A DNA stretch of 64,000 nucleotides. It comes from an uncultured Bacteroidales bacterium. Lineage in GTDB: Bacteria > Bacteroidota > Bacteroidia > Bacteroidales > Muribaculaceae. Below the pieces are notes generated by a model. The model did not search any database. It was not told the origin of the DNA and worked only from the letters and a program-made list of their open reading frames with translations. Made by a program: the position numbers and the translations under genes. Shown piece by piece: positions 39,564 through 50,786 of this stretch (the first letter of the stretch is position 1; every line of letters begins with the position of its first letter). Location: assembly GCA_905210435.1 (NCBI GenBank), contig CAJLWO010000001.1:42652-106651 (forward strand). Direction: 5' to 3'.

Positions 39564-42275
39564 TTAGAACGCTATTTTAAGACGGAGAGAATAAGTGCGG
39601 CCGAACGAATAGAACACGCGGTAGGCGTTTTCCCATGTGCCGCGGCTGCCCGATGCGGTGTATGCGTCAACAACATAGTTGTAGTTGAAGAGGTTGTTGA
39701 CATTGCCGAACAGGGTGGCTTCGAAGCCGGCCATCTGGAACTTGTAGCTTGCCGACATGTCGAGCTGGTTGCCCCAGGGAATTCTCCACGGATCGGCCAC
39801 GTTGACCTCCTTGAAGGGAATAAGGTCGTTGTCAGATACCGTATAGTCGGAGTAGTTGCGTGCCGAGAATGTCCAGTCGGCGCCTATGCGCATGCCTTTG
39901 AACGGTTTTACGGTCACACCGATTGCACCTGTGGTCTGTGCCGAGCCGCCCACTTTGCGTCCTTTCTGGTTGAGTATTGACCATGCATGGTCTTCGGCGA
40001 ACACGCCCGAAGCAAGTTTGCCCGAGGTGTTGGCAAGAGGCTGTCCGAGGTCATTGTAGTAGTAACCCTTGGCGTTTGAATCCCAGTTCCAGTCGCCTAT
40101 CGAGAGCATACCGTCGATATCGAGCCACTGTGTGGGGCGGTATTTCAGGTTGAGCTCCAGACCCATGTGACGGGCGTCGACACCCGACATGTTGAGATAG
40201 TAGCGCGAGCCGTCGCCCATTGTCGACGAGCGGGTGGTAGTCTTGTCCATCCACTTCGTGTAGTAAGCGTTGAATGTGGCCGTGAATATCGGCGAATGGT
40301 ATTCGTAACCTACTTCAATCGAACCGCATTTTTCATTGACGGGATCGGGGTTGATGGCGTTGGATGTGGCCTGCGCGGCAAATACGCCTTTGGCGAAGAA
40401 GGGGGCGCGGGTGAGGTAACCGCCGTTGAAGTATACGTTGTTATGCTTGTCGATATTATAGTTGGCGCCACCTTTTACCGAACCGGCGATAAAGTTGGGC
40501 TTCTCCGAAGTGCCGTGTTCCTTGTCATAATAGAAACGGTCGACACGCCAGTAGGTAGTGTTGTTGAGCGAGCCGGCGAGCACCATAGTCAGCTTGTCGG
40601 AGAGGGTGGTGTATTCCACCTGGGCGAAACCGCCTTCCTGCACCGTATAGCCGTCATAGTCGCGGTACACGACATCGCCTACGCCGAGTTTCTGGTACTT
40701 CCAGTTGGGGTCGGCAGCCGCTGCATTGTTGGCGGGATTGACACCTTTACGGCTCGAGTCATCCATGAAGTACGCACCGTTGTAGAGGTCGGTGATTTCG
40801 TTGGTGTGCTTGCCGATATAGTAGCGCACGTCGATACCGGCGGTAAGATTGAGTTTCTTCTCGATAAGCTCATTCTTATAGGTCGATACGAGGCCGAACC
40901 ACTTGTGGGAGTTGATTGACTTCGACATAATCATGTTTGAACCGGTCTCCGACGCCATGTTCATCTCCTGGATGGCGGCGTAGTCAAACGTACCGTCCTC
41001 GCGGCGGAAAAGGGTGTTTAGGTTACCGTTGGATGCGCCGTACCACGAAGCATTGCTGAGCGACTGGCCGTTGTAGGTGCCGCGTCCCTGACCCGACGAA
41101 CCGTATCCGCTTGCGAGCGACACATATACTGCCGACGACAGCGACGACTTGTGGTCAATCTGCCAGATATGGTTCAATGAAATCTGAGGCTTGTGATATA
41201 CGTTCTTTGTCGACGAGCGTACCTGGCCGTCCATGTCGTAACCGAATGTCGGGTTGTAGCGGTACATGCTCTCGCCGTCCATATAGTTCTTGACATTCTG
41301 CCAGTTCTCGATTGAGAGACCGTCCTGCGACGAACGTTTGTAGTGCACTTGCGGCGAGCCGAATGCGGTCAACGACAACTGGTGCGCGTCATTGATGCGT
41401 TTCGACACGTTGACGAAATAGGTGTAGGCGTTGAAGTTGGTGCCCTGCACGTAGCCGTCGCCCCATTTGCGCGTGCCCATCAACGACACCGCCCAGCCGT
41501 TTTTCATCAGGCCGGTCGACACATTGAATCCGATATGGTTCATGCCGTCATTGCCCATGCCGTAGAATACAGCGCCGCCCTTCTTGGCGTCGAGCGAGCG
41601 AGTGGTGATATTGAGCGTACCGCCCACCGAGGGAACGGAGATGATTGATGCGCCCAGACCGCGCTGCACCTGCATCATCGAAGTCACGTCGGAGAGGCCG
41701 GCCCAGTTCGACCAGTACACCCATCCGCCTTCCATATCGTTGACCGGAATACCGTTGACAAGCATACCTGTGTTCTCCGACTTGAAGCCGCGGATATTGA
41801 TTTTGGCGTCGCCGTAGCCGCCGCCGTCCTTTGTGGCCCACACGCCCGGAGTAGTCTTGAGCACTTCGGGGAATTCCTGGCCGCCAAGTTTATTCTCAAT
41901 AAGAAGAGCGTCGACGCTCGATGCCGCAACCGGGGTCTTGCGCGTGCGTGCAATCGATTGGGTCACAACGACGTCCTTGAGCATCTGTGAAGCGACCTCG
42001 AGAGTGATGTTGCCCATCGAGGCCGATGCTGGAACTTTGGCCGTCTTGTAACCGATATACTCGATGGTCAGCTCCTTGGTGTTGTCTGGCACCTTGATGG
42101 TGAAATTACCGTCGATATCAGTGGTGACGCCGGTTTTGGCTCCGGGTACCATAACAGAAGCTCCGATGAGAGGTTCGCCCTGTTCATCGGTGATTGTGCC
42201 ACGACACACATAGTCGGCAAAGGCGGTGGAACCCGCCACCAACAATGTTGTGGCAAAGAGAGTGATTCTCTTCAT
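39564..42275 (-). CDS. TonB-dependent outer-membrane receptor with N-terminal carboxypeptidase-regulatory-like domain
   Basis: Signal peptide; CarbopepD_reg-like segment (DEQGEPLIGASVMVPGAKTGVTTDIDGNFTI); plug; C-terminal beta-barrel ending in aromatic F. Confidence 0.75.
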   Translation of the reverse strand: MKRITLFATTLLVAGSTAFADYVCRGTITDEQGEPLIGASVMVPGAKTGVTTDIDGNFTIKVPDNTKELTIEYIGYKTAKVPASASMGNITLEVASQMLKDVVVTQSIARTRKTPVAASSVDALLIENKLGGQEFPEVLKTTPGVWATKDGGGYGDAKINIRGFKSENTGMLVNGIPVNDMEGGWVYWSNWAGLSDVTSMMQVQRGLGASIISVPSVGGTLNITTRSLDAKKGGAVFYGMGNDGMNHIGFNVSTGLMKNGWAVSLMGTRKWGDGYVQGTNFNAYTYFVNVSKRINDAHQLSLTAFGSPQVHYKRSSQDGLSIENWQNVKNYMDGESMYRYNPTFGYDMDGQVRSSTKNVYHKPQISLNHIWQIDHKSSLSSAVYVSLASGYGSSGQGRGTYNGQSLSNASWYGASNGNLNTLFRREDGTFDYAAIQEMNMASETGSNMIMSKSINSHKWFGLVSTYKNELIEKKLNLTAGIDVRYYIGKHTNEITDLYNGAYFMDDSSRKGVNPANNAAAADPNWKYQKLGVGDVVYRDYDGYTVQEGGFAQVEYTTLSDKLTMVLAGSLNNTTYWRVDRFYYDKEHGTSEKPNFIAGSVKGGANYNIDKHNNVYFNGGYLTRAPFFAKGVFAAQATSNAINPDPVNEKCGSIEVGYEYHSPIFTATFNAYYTKWMDKTTTRSSTMGDGSRYYLNMSGVDARHMGLELNLKYRPTQWLDIDGMLSIGDWNWDSNAKGYYYNDLGQPLANTSGKLASGVFAEDHAWSILNQKGRKVGGSAQTTGAIGVTVKPFKGMRIGADWTFSARNYSDYTVSDNDLIPFKEVNVADPWRIPWGNQLDMSASYKFQMAGFEATLFGNVNNLFNYNYVVDAYTASGSRGTWENAYRVFYSFGRTYSLRLKIAF

Positions 42276-42610
42276 ACTGTGTAATTTAATTGGTTAATAA
42301 TTTTTACTTTTTCATGCCGCAATGGCTGATGCAATAGGAAAAAACAACCACAGCACCGTGTGATTTTTTAACCCTGTTTCACAAAGTTAATAATAAATGT
42401 AAAAATAAACGACTCGGGGCGACAAAATTTAAAGGAATTTTAATAAAATCTAAGCGTCGTTTATGACCATTTTATTTGCACGAACGCCTTTTTGCCATAT
42501 TATTGCCGTATTATAGAGCATTTCAATGGCAAAAGTGTTAAAATAAAGTTAAATTGATATTTTTTTGCCAAAAAATTATGTTATATAACATAAAGTATAT
42601 ATCTTTGCAA

Positions 42611-42680
42611 TGTGTTTTTCATGGTATTAGATTTAAGGTTAAAAAAGATTATTCGTCGGGATGACGGATAATTTTTTTTG
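42611..42680 (-). repeat. Intergenic repeat family 3, inverted copy 2 (in divergent promoter region of TonB receptor and rnhB)
   Basis: Reverse complement reads gtcatcccgacgaataatcttttttaaccttaaatctaataccatgaaaaacaca, about 85% identical to 25561-25628. Confidence 0.65.
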
Positions 42681-42751
42681 TCCATACCGATGAGTTAAGA
42701 AACCATGTCAGCAAAGCAGGGACGCTACAATACATTCACAAACATACAATA

Positions 42752-43360
42752 ATGAAATCTCCACTTGCGATATGCAATATGCCCGGCATCAATGAGGCCG
42801 GATGCGACGAAGCTGGGCGCGGCTGTCTGGCCGGCGACGTATACGCCGCCGCCGTAATACTGCCCGACGACTTCTCCCATCCCCTCCTCAACGACTCCAA
42901 GCAGCTCACCGAACGACAGCGCGACACGCTCCGTCCCATCATCGAACGCGAGGCCGTGGCATGGGGCGTAGGCATAGTAACAGCGGCGGAAATCGACGAA
43001 ATCAACATACTCAACGCCTCCATTCTCGCCATGCACCGCGCGCTCGACCTGCTCGCGGTACGCCCACAGGCCATAATAGTCGACGGCAACCGGTTCAAAC
43101 CCTACGGCGACATACCGTTCACCACCTTCGTAAAAGGCGACGGCCGCTTCGCCAACATTGCCGCCGCCTCAGTGCTCGCCAAGACCCACCGCGACGAAGC
43201 GATGATGCAGCTCCACGCCCGATACCCCATGTACCACTGGGACGACAACAAGGGCTATCCCACCCGTGCCCACCGTCAGGCCATCGCGGAATACGGTCCC
43301 TCCCCCTTCCACCGCATGTCGTTCCGCCTCCTCGACACCCAGCTCACCCTCGACCTGTAA
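42752..43360 (+). CDS. rnhB: Ribonuclease HII
   Basis: [22 protein letters not shown]-terminal catalytic motif, about 200 aa. Confidence 0.85.
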   Translation: MKSPLAICNMPGINEAGCDEAGRGCLAGDVYAAAVILPDDFSHPLLNDSKQLTERQRDTLRPIIEREAVAWGVGIVTAAEIDEINILNASILAMHRALDLLAVRPQAIIVDGNRFKPYGDIPFTTFVKGDGRFANIAAASVLAKTHRDEAMMQLHARYPMYHWDDNKGYPTRAHRQAIAEYGPSPFHRMSFRLLDTQLTLDL

Positions 43361-43570
43361 CAGCGTTTTGTGTGCCAATGTAAAAAAAATAGGTTGTTAA
43401 AAATTAGCGACAAATAGCCTATAAATATAATTTTTTTAAATTCAACCCGGCTTTGCAACTGAGCTTTTTTATATTGAAAAATTGACCGCAGCTCTTTTTT
43501 TTGCTATCTTTGTGCTCTTATCATTTATCCCCACAGACCGAATTCATCAAACAAACACGACAGACATACC

Positions 43571-44674
43571 ATGTATCAGACAGACCAACGCATTGTCATC
43601 ACCCTTGACGCCGGGGGGACTAACTTCGTATTCGGCGCCATGCGCGGCAACCGGTTCATAATCGACCCGATAACCAAGCCGTCCAATTCCCACGACCTCG
43701 ACCTTTGCATCAGGACTCTCATATCGGGATTCGAGGAGGTCATAGCATCGCTCGAGCAACTGCCCGTAGCCATCAGTTTCGCATTTCCCGGTCCGGCCGA
43801 CTACGCCAACGGCATCATCGGCGGCTACCTGCCCAACTTCCCGTCGTTCCGCGACGGCGTGGCCCTCGGCGAAATACTCCGCCGCCGCTTCGGCATCCCC
43901 GTCTATATCAATAACGACGGCGACCTCTTTGCACTCGGCGAAGCGATGGAAGGCCTTCTGCCCGAAGTCAACGCCCGCATAGCCGCGATGGGTGGCGAAA
44001 AGAAATACACCAACCTGCTCGGCTATACCTTCGGCACCGGGTTCGGCATCGGCTCCGTAGTGGGCGGACGCCTCAACCGCGGCAACAACTCATGCATCGA
44101 GACATTCTGCCTGCCCGACACATTCGACAGCAATATCATCATAGAGGACAGCGTGGCAATCCGCGCCATCAAACGCGTCTACGGCGAACTTACCGGCAAC
44201 CCCGACCACGGCCTGACGCCAAAGGATATATGCGAGATTGCCGACGGCACCCGTGAGGGCGACCGCGACGCCGCCAAAGAAGCATTCCGCCGCTTCGGCA
44301 TCGCCGCCGGCGATGCCATGGCCACTGCCGTGACCCTCACCGACTCGCTCGTAGTGATAGGCGGAGGCCTTACCGGAGCCGCCCGCCACATCATGCCGGC
44401 GCTCCTGGAGAAGATGCGCTCCTCAATAAGCACTCTTGGCGGCGACAAGGTGAACCGCGTGCAGATGAATGTCTACGACCTCGACAACGAGAACGAGTTC
44501 CGCGAATTTGCCCGCGGCAACGGCCGTCCGCTGAAAATCCACGGCACCGAAGATACCGTGACTTACGACCCCGTGAAACGTACCGGCGTGGCAATATCCC
44601 GTCTCGGCGCCAGCGAGGCCATCTCGATAGGCGCCTACGTGTTCGCTCTCGCATCACTCGATGGAAAACAATAA
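43571..44674 (+). CDS. ROK family sugar kinase/regulator-like protein
   Basis: ITLDAGGTNFVFGAM N-terminal ATPase motif and ROK fold; -7 box TAtcTTTG at 43507-43514. Confidence 0.65.
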   Translation: MYQTDQRIVITLDAGGTNFVFGAMRGNRFIIDPITKPSNSHDLDLCIRTLISGFEEVIASLEQLPVAISFAFPGPADYANGIIGGYLPNFPSFRDGVALGEILRRRFGIPVYINNDGDLFALGEAMEGLLPEVNARIAAMGGEKKYTNLLGYTFGTGFGIGSVVGGRLNRGNNSCIETFCLPDTFDSNIIIEDSVAIRAIKRVYGELTGNPDHGLTPKDICEIADGTREGDRDAAKEAFRRFGIAAGDAMATAVTLTDSLVVIGGGLTGAARHIMPALLEKMRSSISTLGGDKVNRVQMNVYDLDNENEFREFARGNGRPLKIHGTEDTVTYDPVKRTGVAISRLGASEAISIGAYVFALASLDGKQ

Positions 44675-44692
44675 CCGCAATCCGATTCCCAC

Positions 44693-45673
44693 ATGAACAA
44701 GATATTCACATTCAAGCCCTACCTCAAGCCCGTGGTATGGGGCGGAGACAAGATAAAGGAGTTCAAGAACATTGACACCGACCTGGCCAACATAGGCGAA
44801 AGCTGGGAGATTTCCGGCGTGCCGGGACATGAATCGGTGGTCGACTCGGGCGAGGACCGCGGCCTCACCATCACGCAGCTTATCGACAAATACGGCGCCG
44901 ACCTCGTAGGCGAAGAGGTCTACCGCCGCTTCGGCGACAGTTTCCCGCTGCTCATAAAAATCATCGATGCCCGCGACAACCTGTCAGTGCAGGTACATCC
45001 CGACGACGAGCTTGCCGGACGCCGCCACAACAGCCCCGGCAAGACCGAGATGTGGTACGTGATCGATGCTGACGACAACGCCGACATCATATCCGGCCTC
45101 TCGAAGGAGATAACGCCCTACGAATACCGCAGCCGCGTGGCCGACAACACCATCACCGATGTGCTTGCATGCCACAAGTCGCATCCGGGCGATGTATTCT
45201 TCCTCCCCGCCGGACGCATCCACGCAATCGGAGGGGGCAACCTCATCGCTGAGATACAGCAGACATCCGACATAACATACCGCGTGTACGACTACGACCG
45301 CCGCGGCCTCGACGGCAAGCCCCGCCAGCTCCACGTCGAAGAGGCTGTCGATGCCATCGACTACCGCGTCTACGACAACTATGTCACCGACTATGACCGC
45401 GCGGCCAAAGGGGAAGTGCCCTTGGTGAAATGCAATTATTTCGACGTGCAGAAAATCACCGTCAACGGCCAGCTCTCACTCCAGCACCTGAGCGAATCGT
45501 TCACCGCGCTGATATGCATCGACGGCCGATGCACGGTCGACGTAGACCGCGAAGCCGCATGCGACATATCGCGCGGCCACACAGTGCTCGTCGCGGCATC
45601 CGCACGCTCCGTCACACTGACAGGCAACGCCGTGCTCATAGCCGCCTCCGTCCCCCGCGACTCCGCAAAATAG
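44693..45673 (+). CDS. manA: Mannose-6-phosphate isomerase, class I
   Basis: KPVVWGG..., SWEISG, QVHPDD, EMWYV cupin motifs of type I PMI. Confidence 0.8.
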   Translation: MNKIFTFKPYLKPVVWGGDKIKEFKNIDTDLANIGESWEISGVPGHESVVDSGEDRGLTITQLIDKYGADLVGEEVYRRFGDSFPLLIKIIDARDNLSVQVHPDDELAGRRHNSPGKTEMWYVIDADDNADIISGLSKEITPYEYRSRVADNTITDVLACHKSHPGDVFFLPAGRIHAIGGGNLIAEIQQTSDITYRVYDYDRRGLDGKPRQLHVEEAVDAIDYRVYDNYVTDYDRAAKGEVPLVKCNYFDVQKITVNGQLSLQHLSESFTALICIDGRCTVDVDREAACDISRGHTVLVAASARSVTLTGNAVLIAASVPRDSAK

Positions 45674-45792
45674 CGGCAAAGCGGCCAAAACTCGATTTCA
45701 CGCTGCCGGTCATCGCCGCTGGCGCTTTACACAAATAAAACGCGGCTGCCATACGAAGCGATTCTGCAATCGGCTTGTCGGCAGCCGTTTTT

Positions 45793-46674
45793 TTAACTGC
45801 GGCTTGATATCGCCGTATCCGGCTCATGCCGCATCTTGTTGCGGTAGCGTATCGGCGACATACCGGTCAGCTTGCGGAATATGCGGCAAAGGTATGACGG
45901 GTCGTCATAATGAAGCCACTGTGCTATCTGCTTCACCGAAAGATCTGTCGTGTCAAGCAGCATTTTCACCACCTGACCGATGCGCATGTTTATCTGCTCC
46001 TTAGCGGTCGTGCCCGTGCACCGGCGCGTTATTATATTGAGATAATTGGGAGTTACATTCAGGCGGTCGGCATAATAGCCCACGTCGTGACACACGGCAT
46101 AATTGCGCTCGACAAGCGCTACAAAATCATTGACAAGCGCCCATGCCCTGTTCTTCACCGGACTCGCTCCGAGCTGCCCGTAGCGCGCCTCAATCTGCCC
46201 GGCCATATTGATGATGAAATTTTCCGACTCATTGCGCATCATCTTGTCACGTATCGCATCCGGGCAGTTGGCCGACAGCCATGCAGTCAGCGCAAACCAG
46301 TGTCCGACCGGCGCCGCGAGGTCTGAGGGCACCACGAATACAGGCGACTTGTATACGAAATCCCAGAATCGGTTGGACGTGACGAGAAAGAATATATCCT
46401 GCGCCGCCTCAAATCCTATCGACAGAAACTTCGCCTCAAAATCAGCCGATACTCCGCGCAACACCGTCAGCATGTCAAACGACATGAAAGCCATCCGCCC
46501 CGGCCTCATCACGAACCGCCGGGAGTTGACCGACAATTGTGCCTCCCCTCTTTCGCAAAGCATTATCAGGCATCCGTCCACTGCAAGCGGATGACCCGCA
46601 ACCCGGCTCATACCACCTATGGTGCCGCATTCAAACGCCGCGCCGTTCTTTATAATATCGTTATTTCCTGTCAT
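45793..46674 (-). CDS. AraC family transcriptional regulator
   Basis: C-terminal HTH_AraC (IAQWLHYDDPSYLCRIFRKLTGMSPIRYR). Confidence 0.75.
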   Translation of the reverse strand: MTGNNDIIKNGAAFECGTIGGMSRVAGHPLAVDGCLIMLCERGEAQLSVNSRRFVMRPGRMAFMSFDMLTVLRGVSADFEAKFLSIGFEAAQDIFFLVTSNRFWDFVYKSPVFVVPSDLAAPVGHWFALTAWLSANCPDAIRDKMMRNESENFIINMAGQIEARYGQLGASPVKNRAWALVNDFVALVERNYAVCHDVGYYADRLNVTPNYLNIITRRCTGTTAKEQINMRIGQVVKMLLDTTDLSVKQIAQWLHYDDPSYLCRIFRKLTGMSPIRYRNKMRHEPDTAISSRS

Positions 46675-46873
46675 ACCTTATCCCGTCTTTAAGCAAAGAT
46701 ACTATAAAACAACGGCAACAATGCCTGTTTTGTTATAAAAAGTACCCAATCTGTAATATTTTCCACCGAGCATAATATATAATATGTGAGTACCTTTGCA
46801 GTCTCTTATATAGAGTGTTGACACCCTCTAAGAGCTCGTCTAAATCCAAACACTCTCTAAAACACGCAAAAAA

Positions 46874-48241
46874 ATGGAAAGAGATAAACTTGACTTTGGA
46901 AACGAGAGAATCGGGCGCCTGTTCCGCGCCATGTTCTTCCCTACGCTCATAGGCATGCTGTTCAACTCGGTGCTCAACCTGTGCGACGGCATGTTCGTAG
47001 GACATGGGGTCGGCAGCAACGGCCTGGCGGCAATAAATATCGTGGCGCCGCTGTTTCTCATCTGCACCGGCATAGGACTGATGTTCGGCATCGGCGCATC
47101 CGTCGTAGGCAGCATCCGCCTTGCCGAGGGCAACGTCAAGGCAGCCCGGATAATAATGACACAGGCCTACATAGCCGGAGCCGTGATTTTCGGCGTGGTA
47201 ATTGCCGTATCGCTTCTTTTCACACGTCACGTGCTTTATGCTCTCGGCTGCAGCCCCGCGCTCGAAAGCCTCGCCTCCGACTACCTGCTGTGGCTTCTGC
47301 CGGGCCTGATGTTTTTCTACGTGCAGTGCGTCGGCATGATGCTCATACGTCTCGACGGCTCCCCGAAATTCGCAATGAGCATACAGATTGCCGCCGCCGT
47401 GCTCAATATATTTCTCGACTGGCTGATGGTGTTCCCGCTCGGCATGGGCATAAAAGGAGCGTCGATAGCGACCTCGATTTCATGCATCGTCGGCGGACTG
47501 ATGGTACTCGGATATTTCCTTTTCTTCTCCGACAAACTGAAATTCTACCGTCTGAAACTGTCGGTCAAATCGTTACGCCTGTCGCTCCGCAACACCGGAT
47601 ACATGGTCAAGATCGGACTCGCCACATTCATCGCCGAACTCTCGATAGGCATAATGATGGTGACAGGCAACTACGTGTTTCTCGACACACTCGGCGAAGC
47701 GGGAGTGGCCGCATTCAGCATCGGCTGCTACCTGTTCCCGCTCATATTCTCGATAAGCAACGCCGTGGCTCAGGCATCGCAGCCTATCATAAGCTTCAAC
47801 TACGGAGCCGGGCAGTTTGAGCGCGTCACCCGTACGTTGCGGATAGCCGCAGTGACAGCCTGCATCTGCGGAGCCATAATCTCAACCGGCATGTGGTCGG
47901 GAGCATCGCTGCTGACTCAGGTATTCCTCAGCCCGTCCGAACCGGCCTACGCCATAGCCGTGGAAGGGCTCCCCGTGCTCGGCATCTGCGCCCTCTTTTT
48001 CGCGCTCAACATCACATTCATCGGCTACTACCAGAGCCGCGAACAGTCAGCCCGCTCCATCATCTACATGCTGTTGCGCGGAGTGATATTCGTAGTCCCC
48101 GGCTTCTTCCTCCTCCCCCGCATATTCGGCGAAACCGGCCTATGGCTCGCCATCCCCGTATCCGAATTCCTCACCCTCCTCGTAATAACCGCCGCCTGCC
48201 TCACCGTCCGCACCCGCCATCAAATTCCCGCCGAGCACTAA
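46874..48241 (+). CDS. MATE family efflux transporter
   Basis: 455 aa, 12 TM, N-terminal RLFRAMFFPTLIGMLFNSVLNLCDGMFVGHGVG typical of MATE/NorM. Confidence 0.75.
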   Translation: MERDKLDFGNERIGRLFRAMFFPTLIGMLFNSVLNLCDGMFVGHGVGSNGLAAINIVAPLFLICTGIGLMFGIGASVVGSIRLAEGNVKAARIIMTQAYIAGAVIFGVVIAVSLLFTRHVLYALGCSPALESLASDYLLWLLPGLMFFYVQCVGMMLIRLDGSPKFAMSIQIAAAVLNIFLDWLMVFPLGMGIKGASIATSISCIVGGLMVLGYFLFFSDKLKFYRLKLSVKSLRLSLRNTGYMVKIGLATFIAELSIGIMMVTGNYVFLDTLGEAGVAAFSIGCYLFPLIFSISNAVAQASQPIISFNYGAGQFERVTRTLRIAAVTACICGAIISTGMWSGASLLTQVFLSPSEPAYAIAVEGLPVLGICALFFALNITFIGYYQSREQSARSIIYMLLRGVIFVVPGFFLLPRIFGETGLWLAIPVSEFLTLLVITAACLTVRTRHQIPAEH

Positions 48242-48424
48242 TGATGACATATTAACACAAAGTATTTTAACACAAAGTATTCGAGCACATTACTTGTTAA
48301 CTGGAAAAGGCGCGTGCGTTTGACCCCTTCGGGCACGCGGGATTTGACCCCTCGGGCAAAATAAGAATGACCCCTTAAAAGTCCTGGCGGCGGGGGTCAA
48401 TGTTATTTTACCTCATTTGGTTTG

Positions 48425-49204
48425 TCAGGCTTTTCTAGCCTTCAGTTTGCGCATGCTTTCTCCGGACAGCTCGATTGTGTGCGCCGAGTGTACTATACGG
48501 TCGAGGATGGCATCGGCCACAGTCGGGTCACCGACCATGTCGTACCAGCTTGAGGAAGGGTACTGGGAGGTGATGATGATCGATTTGCGCTCGTTGCGGT
48601 CTTCGATTATGTCGAGCAGGATCGGACGCTCCTTCGCGTCAAGGGGCACCAGAAAAAGATCGTCGAGGATGAGCAGCTGACATCGTTCGATTTTCTTGAG
48701 CTCGGGCTCAAGATTGTTCTTGACTTTTGCGACCTTTAGCTGTCCGAGCAGTTTGGAGGCGTTGGCATACAGGGTGCGTATGCCACGTTTGCAAGCCTCA
48801 TGTCCCAGTGCGCAGGCCAGGAAGCTTTTACCTGTGCCTGATGATCCGGTGATGAAGAGATTCTGACCGTTTCGGACGAAGTCGAGTGTCGCCAGGCGCT
48901 CCATCTGGTTGCGGTCGAGCCCCCGGTTTGTGGCGTAGTCGATTTCCTCGAGATATGCCTTGTAGCGGAACGCCGCGTTTTTTGTCAGGCGCATTACGGC
49001 GGCTTGTGCGCGCCAGTCCCATTCGCGGTGCAGGAGCATCGACAAGAAGGAATCCGGAGTCATTGACTGTGCGGTTGTTCCGGCAAGGCTTTCGCGGAAG
49101 GCCTCTGCCATTCCGTGCATCTTCATGCGGTTCATCAGGTCCAGCGATGTTGTGTTCTGGTCCGGTTGCTGGGTGGCCGGTGCGGTTTTATCTGTTGTTT
49201 CCAT
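48425..49204 (-). CDS. istB: IS21-family helper ATPase IstB
   Basis: Walker A GSSGTGKSFLACALGHEA, Walker B LLILDDLF; start assumed at internal METTDK overlapping istA stop. Confidence 0.85.
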   Translation of the reverse strand: METTDKTAPATQQPDQNTTSLDLMNRMKMHGMAEAFRESLAGTTAQSMTPDSFLSMLLHREWDWRAQAAVMRLTKNAAFRYKAYLEEIDYATNRGLDRNQMERLATLDFVRNGQNLFITGSSGTGKSFLACALGHEACKRGIRTLYANASKLLGQLKVAKVKNNLEPELKKIERCQLLILDDLFLVPLDAKERPILLDIIEDRNERKSIIITSQYPSSSWYDMVGDPTVADAILDRIVHSAHTIELSGESMRKLKARKA

Positions 49205-50786
49205 TACTGTTGGTGTTGTTGGGTTCGTTTTTGCGGCTGTAGTATTCGCGGCCGCGGATGTTCTTGTGTACCGGAGCAGGGACTGCAGCCGTCGGGCCAC
49301 AGGCAGTTCCGTCCTCATCCGGCAGGAAGTCAGCGTCTTCGCCCTGTTCGAGGATTTTCCTGACGGTCTGATAGCCATATGCCGCCTTCATCGACGCGCA
49401 GGCGCACGCCGCCACGAGTCGGTCTGTGCCATACTTCTTTTCAAGCGACAGTATGCCGCGGCAGCTGCTGAAGGATTTCGGCGGATACTGCATCATGGCA
49501 TCCACTTCGTGGAGGTAGTCAAGAACGATGTTGTCCATTTCAGCGGCTCGCTTGAAGAGTTCCTCCAGATCCTTGTCATACGGGCCGTAATGGCCGGGCA
49601 GGTTGTGTTCCTTCTTCCATGAGTATGTGTAGGGTATGTCGCAGCGGTCGTGTGTGGCCACGAGATTGAGGCCGCAGTAGATCTCAACCGTGTCCGCGTC
49701 ATAAAGGATGACCACACGTTTGCCGACATGCTCGCGCGGCACGCTGTAATGGTGCTTGAACAGGGAGACATAACAGTTCTTGCCCACTGTCATCAGCTTT
49801 CGTTCCTTGATGACAAACGGTTTCTCGGGAAGGGGACGCAGGAAGTCCTTTTCGCCCTGCAGGAACATGTCTTTACGCGACATATTCCTTCCTGCCATCA
49901 GCCTTTCGTTGAAATCGTGCAGCGATATGTGAATCGCCGTGTTCAGTTCGTCCAGCGACGGGAAGACAATCCCCTCTATGTCAAGATACACTGACTGGTA
50001 CAGCAGCTTGACGGCGTTCTCGACAAGGGCCTTGTCTTTGGGATGGCGGACCCGCGCGGGATATACGGCGCATCCGTAATGTTCGGCGAAGGCCGCGAAC
50101 TCCTCGTTGATCACAGGCTCGTTCCGGTCGCTGGTCTTTACCGCCGCCTTCAGGTTGTCGGGCACGATGGCGGCCGTCACGCCTCCGAAGTACTCAAATG
50201 CATTCTGACAGGCCTTGATCAGGTCTTCCTTCCGTTGCGACCATACCGCCTCGCAGTACGTGTAGTGGCTGAACGGAAGGATGGCGACGAACACTTCCGC
50301 TTTCTTGACCTCTCCCGTCATTCCGTCCACCACTTCCAGCTTGTCTCCTGCGAAGTCGACATACATCTGGTCGGCGGCATAGTGCTCGACGTGCCCCACA
50401 ACCGTGGTGTGGAACCTGTACTGCCGGACGGAGCGTTTGAACACGGACTCCTGAAAGCCGTCGGGATGCTCGCTTCTGTACTCGTTGAAAAGCTTGCGGA
50501 CTGTCATGCCCTTGCGGGAAAGCCGGGCGACATAGCCCGGTATCAGTGCGTCAAGTTCCAGTTGACGCTGCGACGGCTCGCGGTGACGGAACTCCGTGCA
50601 TCCGAACATCTCACGGAGATGCTCTTCCGAGAGTTCAAGCAGCTGTTCGGTAGTCTTGCCGCTTGAAATGAACAGCCGGACATACTTGCGTACGGTGTTG
50701 CGGGAAAGGTGAAACGTGTTGGCCGTCTCTTTTATTCCCATTCCGACTGCGTAACATCGAAGGATGTTTTTTAATTTTGCAATCAT
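49188..50786 (-). CDS. istA: IS21-family transposase IstA
   Basis: N-terminal HTH (GMGIKETANTFHLSRNTVRKYVR), DDE integrase core; likely start MIAKLKN at 50786 (ORF opens 50828). Confidence 0.85.
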   Translation of the reverse strand: MIAKLKNILRCYAVGMGIKETANTFHLSRNTVRKYVRLFISSGKTTEQLLELSEEHLREMFGCTEFRHREPSQRQLELDALIPGYVARLSRKGMTVRKLFNEYRSEHPDGFQESVFKRSVRQYRFHTTVVGHVEHYAADQMYVDFAGDKLEVVDGMTGEVKKAEVFVAILPFSHYTYCEAVWSQRKEDLIKACQNAFEYFGGVTAAIVPDNLKAAVKTSDRNEPVINEEFAAFAEHYGCAVYPARVRHPKDKALVENAVKLLYQSVYLDIEGIVFPSLDELNTAIHISLHDFNERLMAGRNMSRKDMFLQGEKDFLRPLPEKPFVIKERKLMTVGKNCYVSLFKHHYSVPREHVGKRVVILYDADTVEIYCGLNLVATHDRCDIPYTYSWKKEHNLPGHYGPYDKDLEELFKRAAEMDNIVLDYLHEVDAMMQYPPKSFSSCRGILSLEKKYGTDRLVAACACASMKAAYGYQTVRKILEQGEDADFLPDEDGTACGPTAAVPAPVHKNIRGREYYSRKNEPNNTNSNGNNR

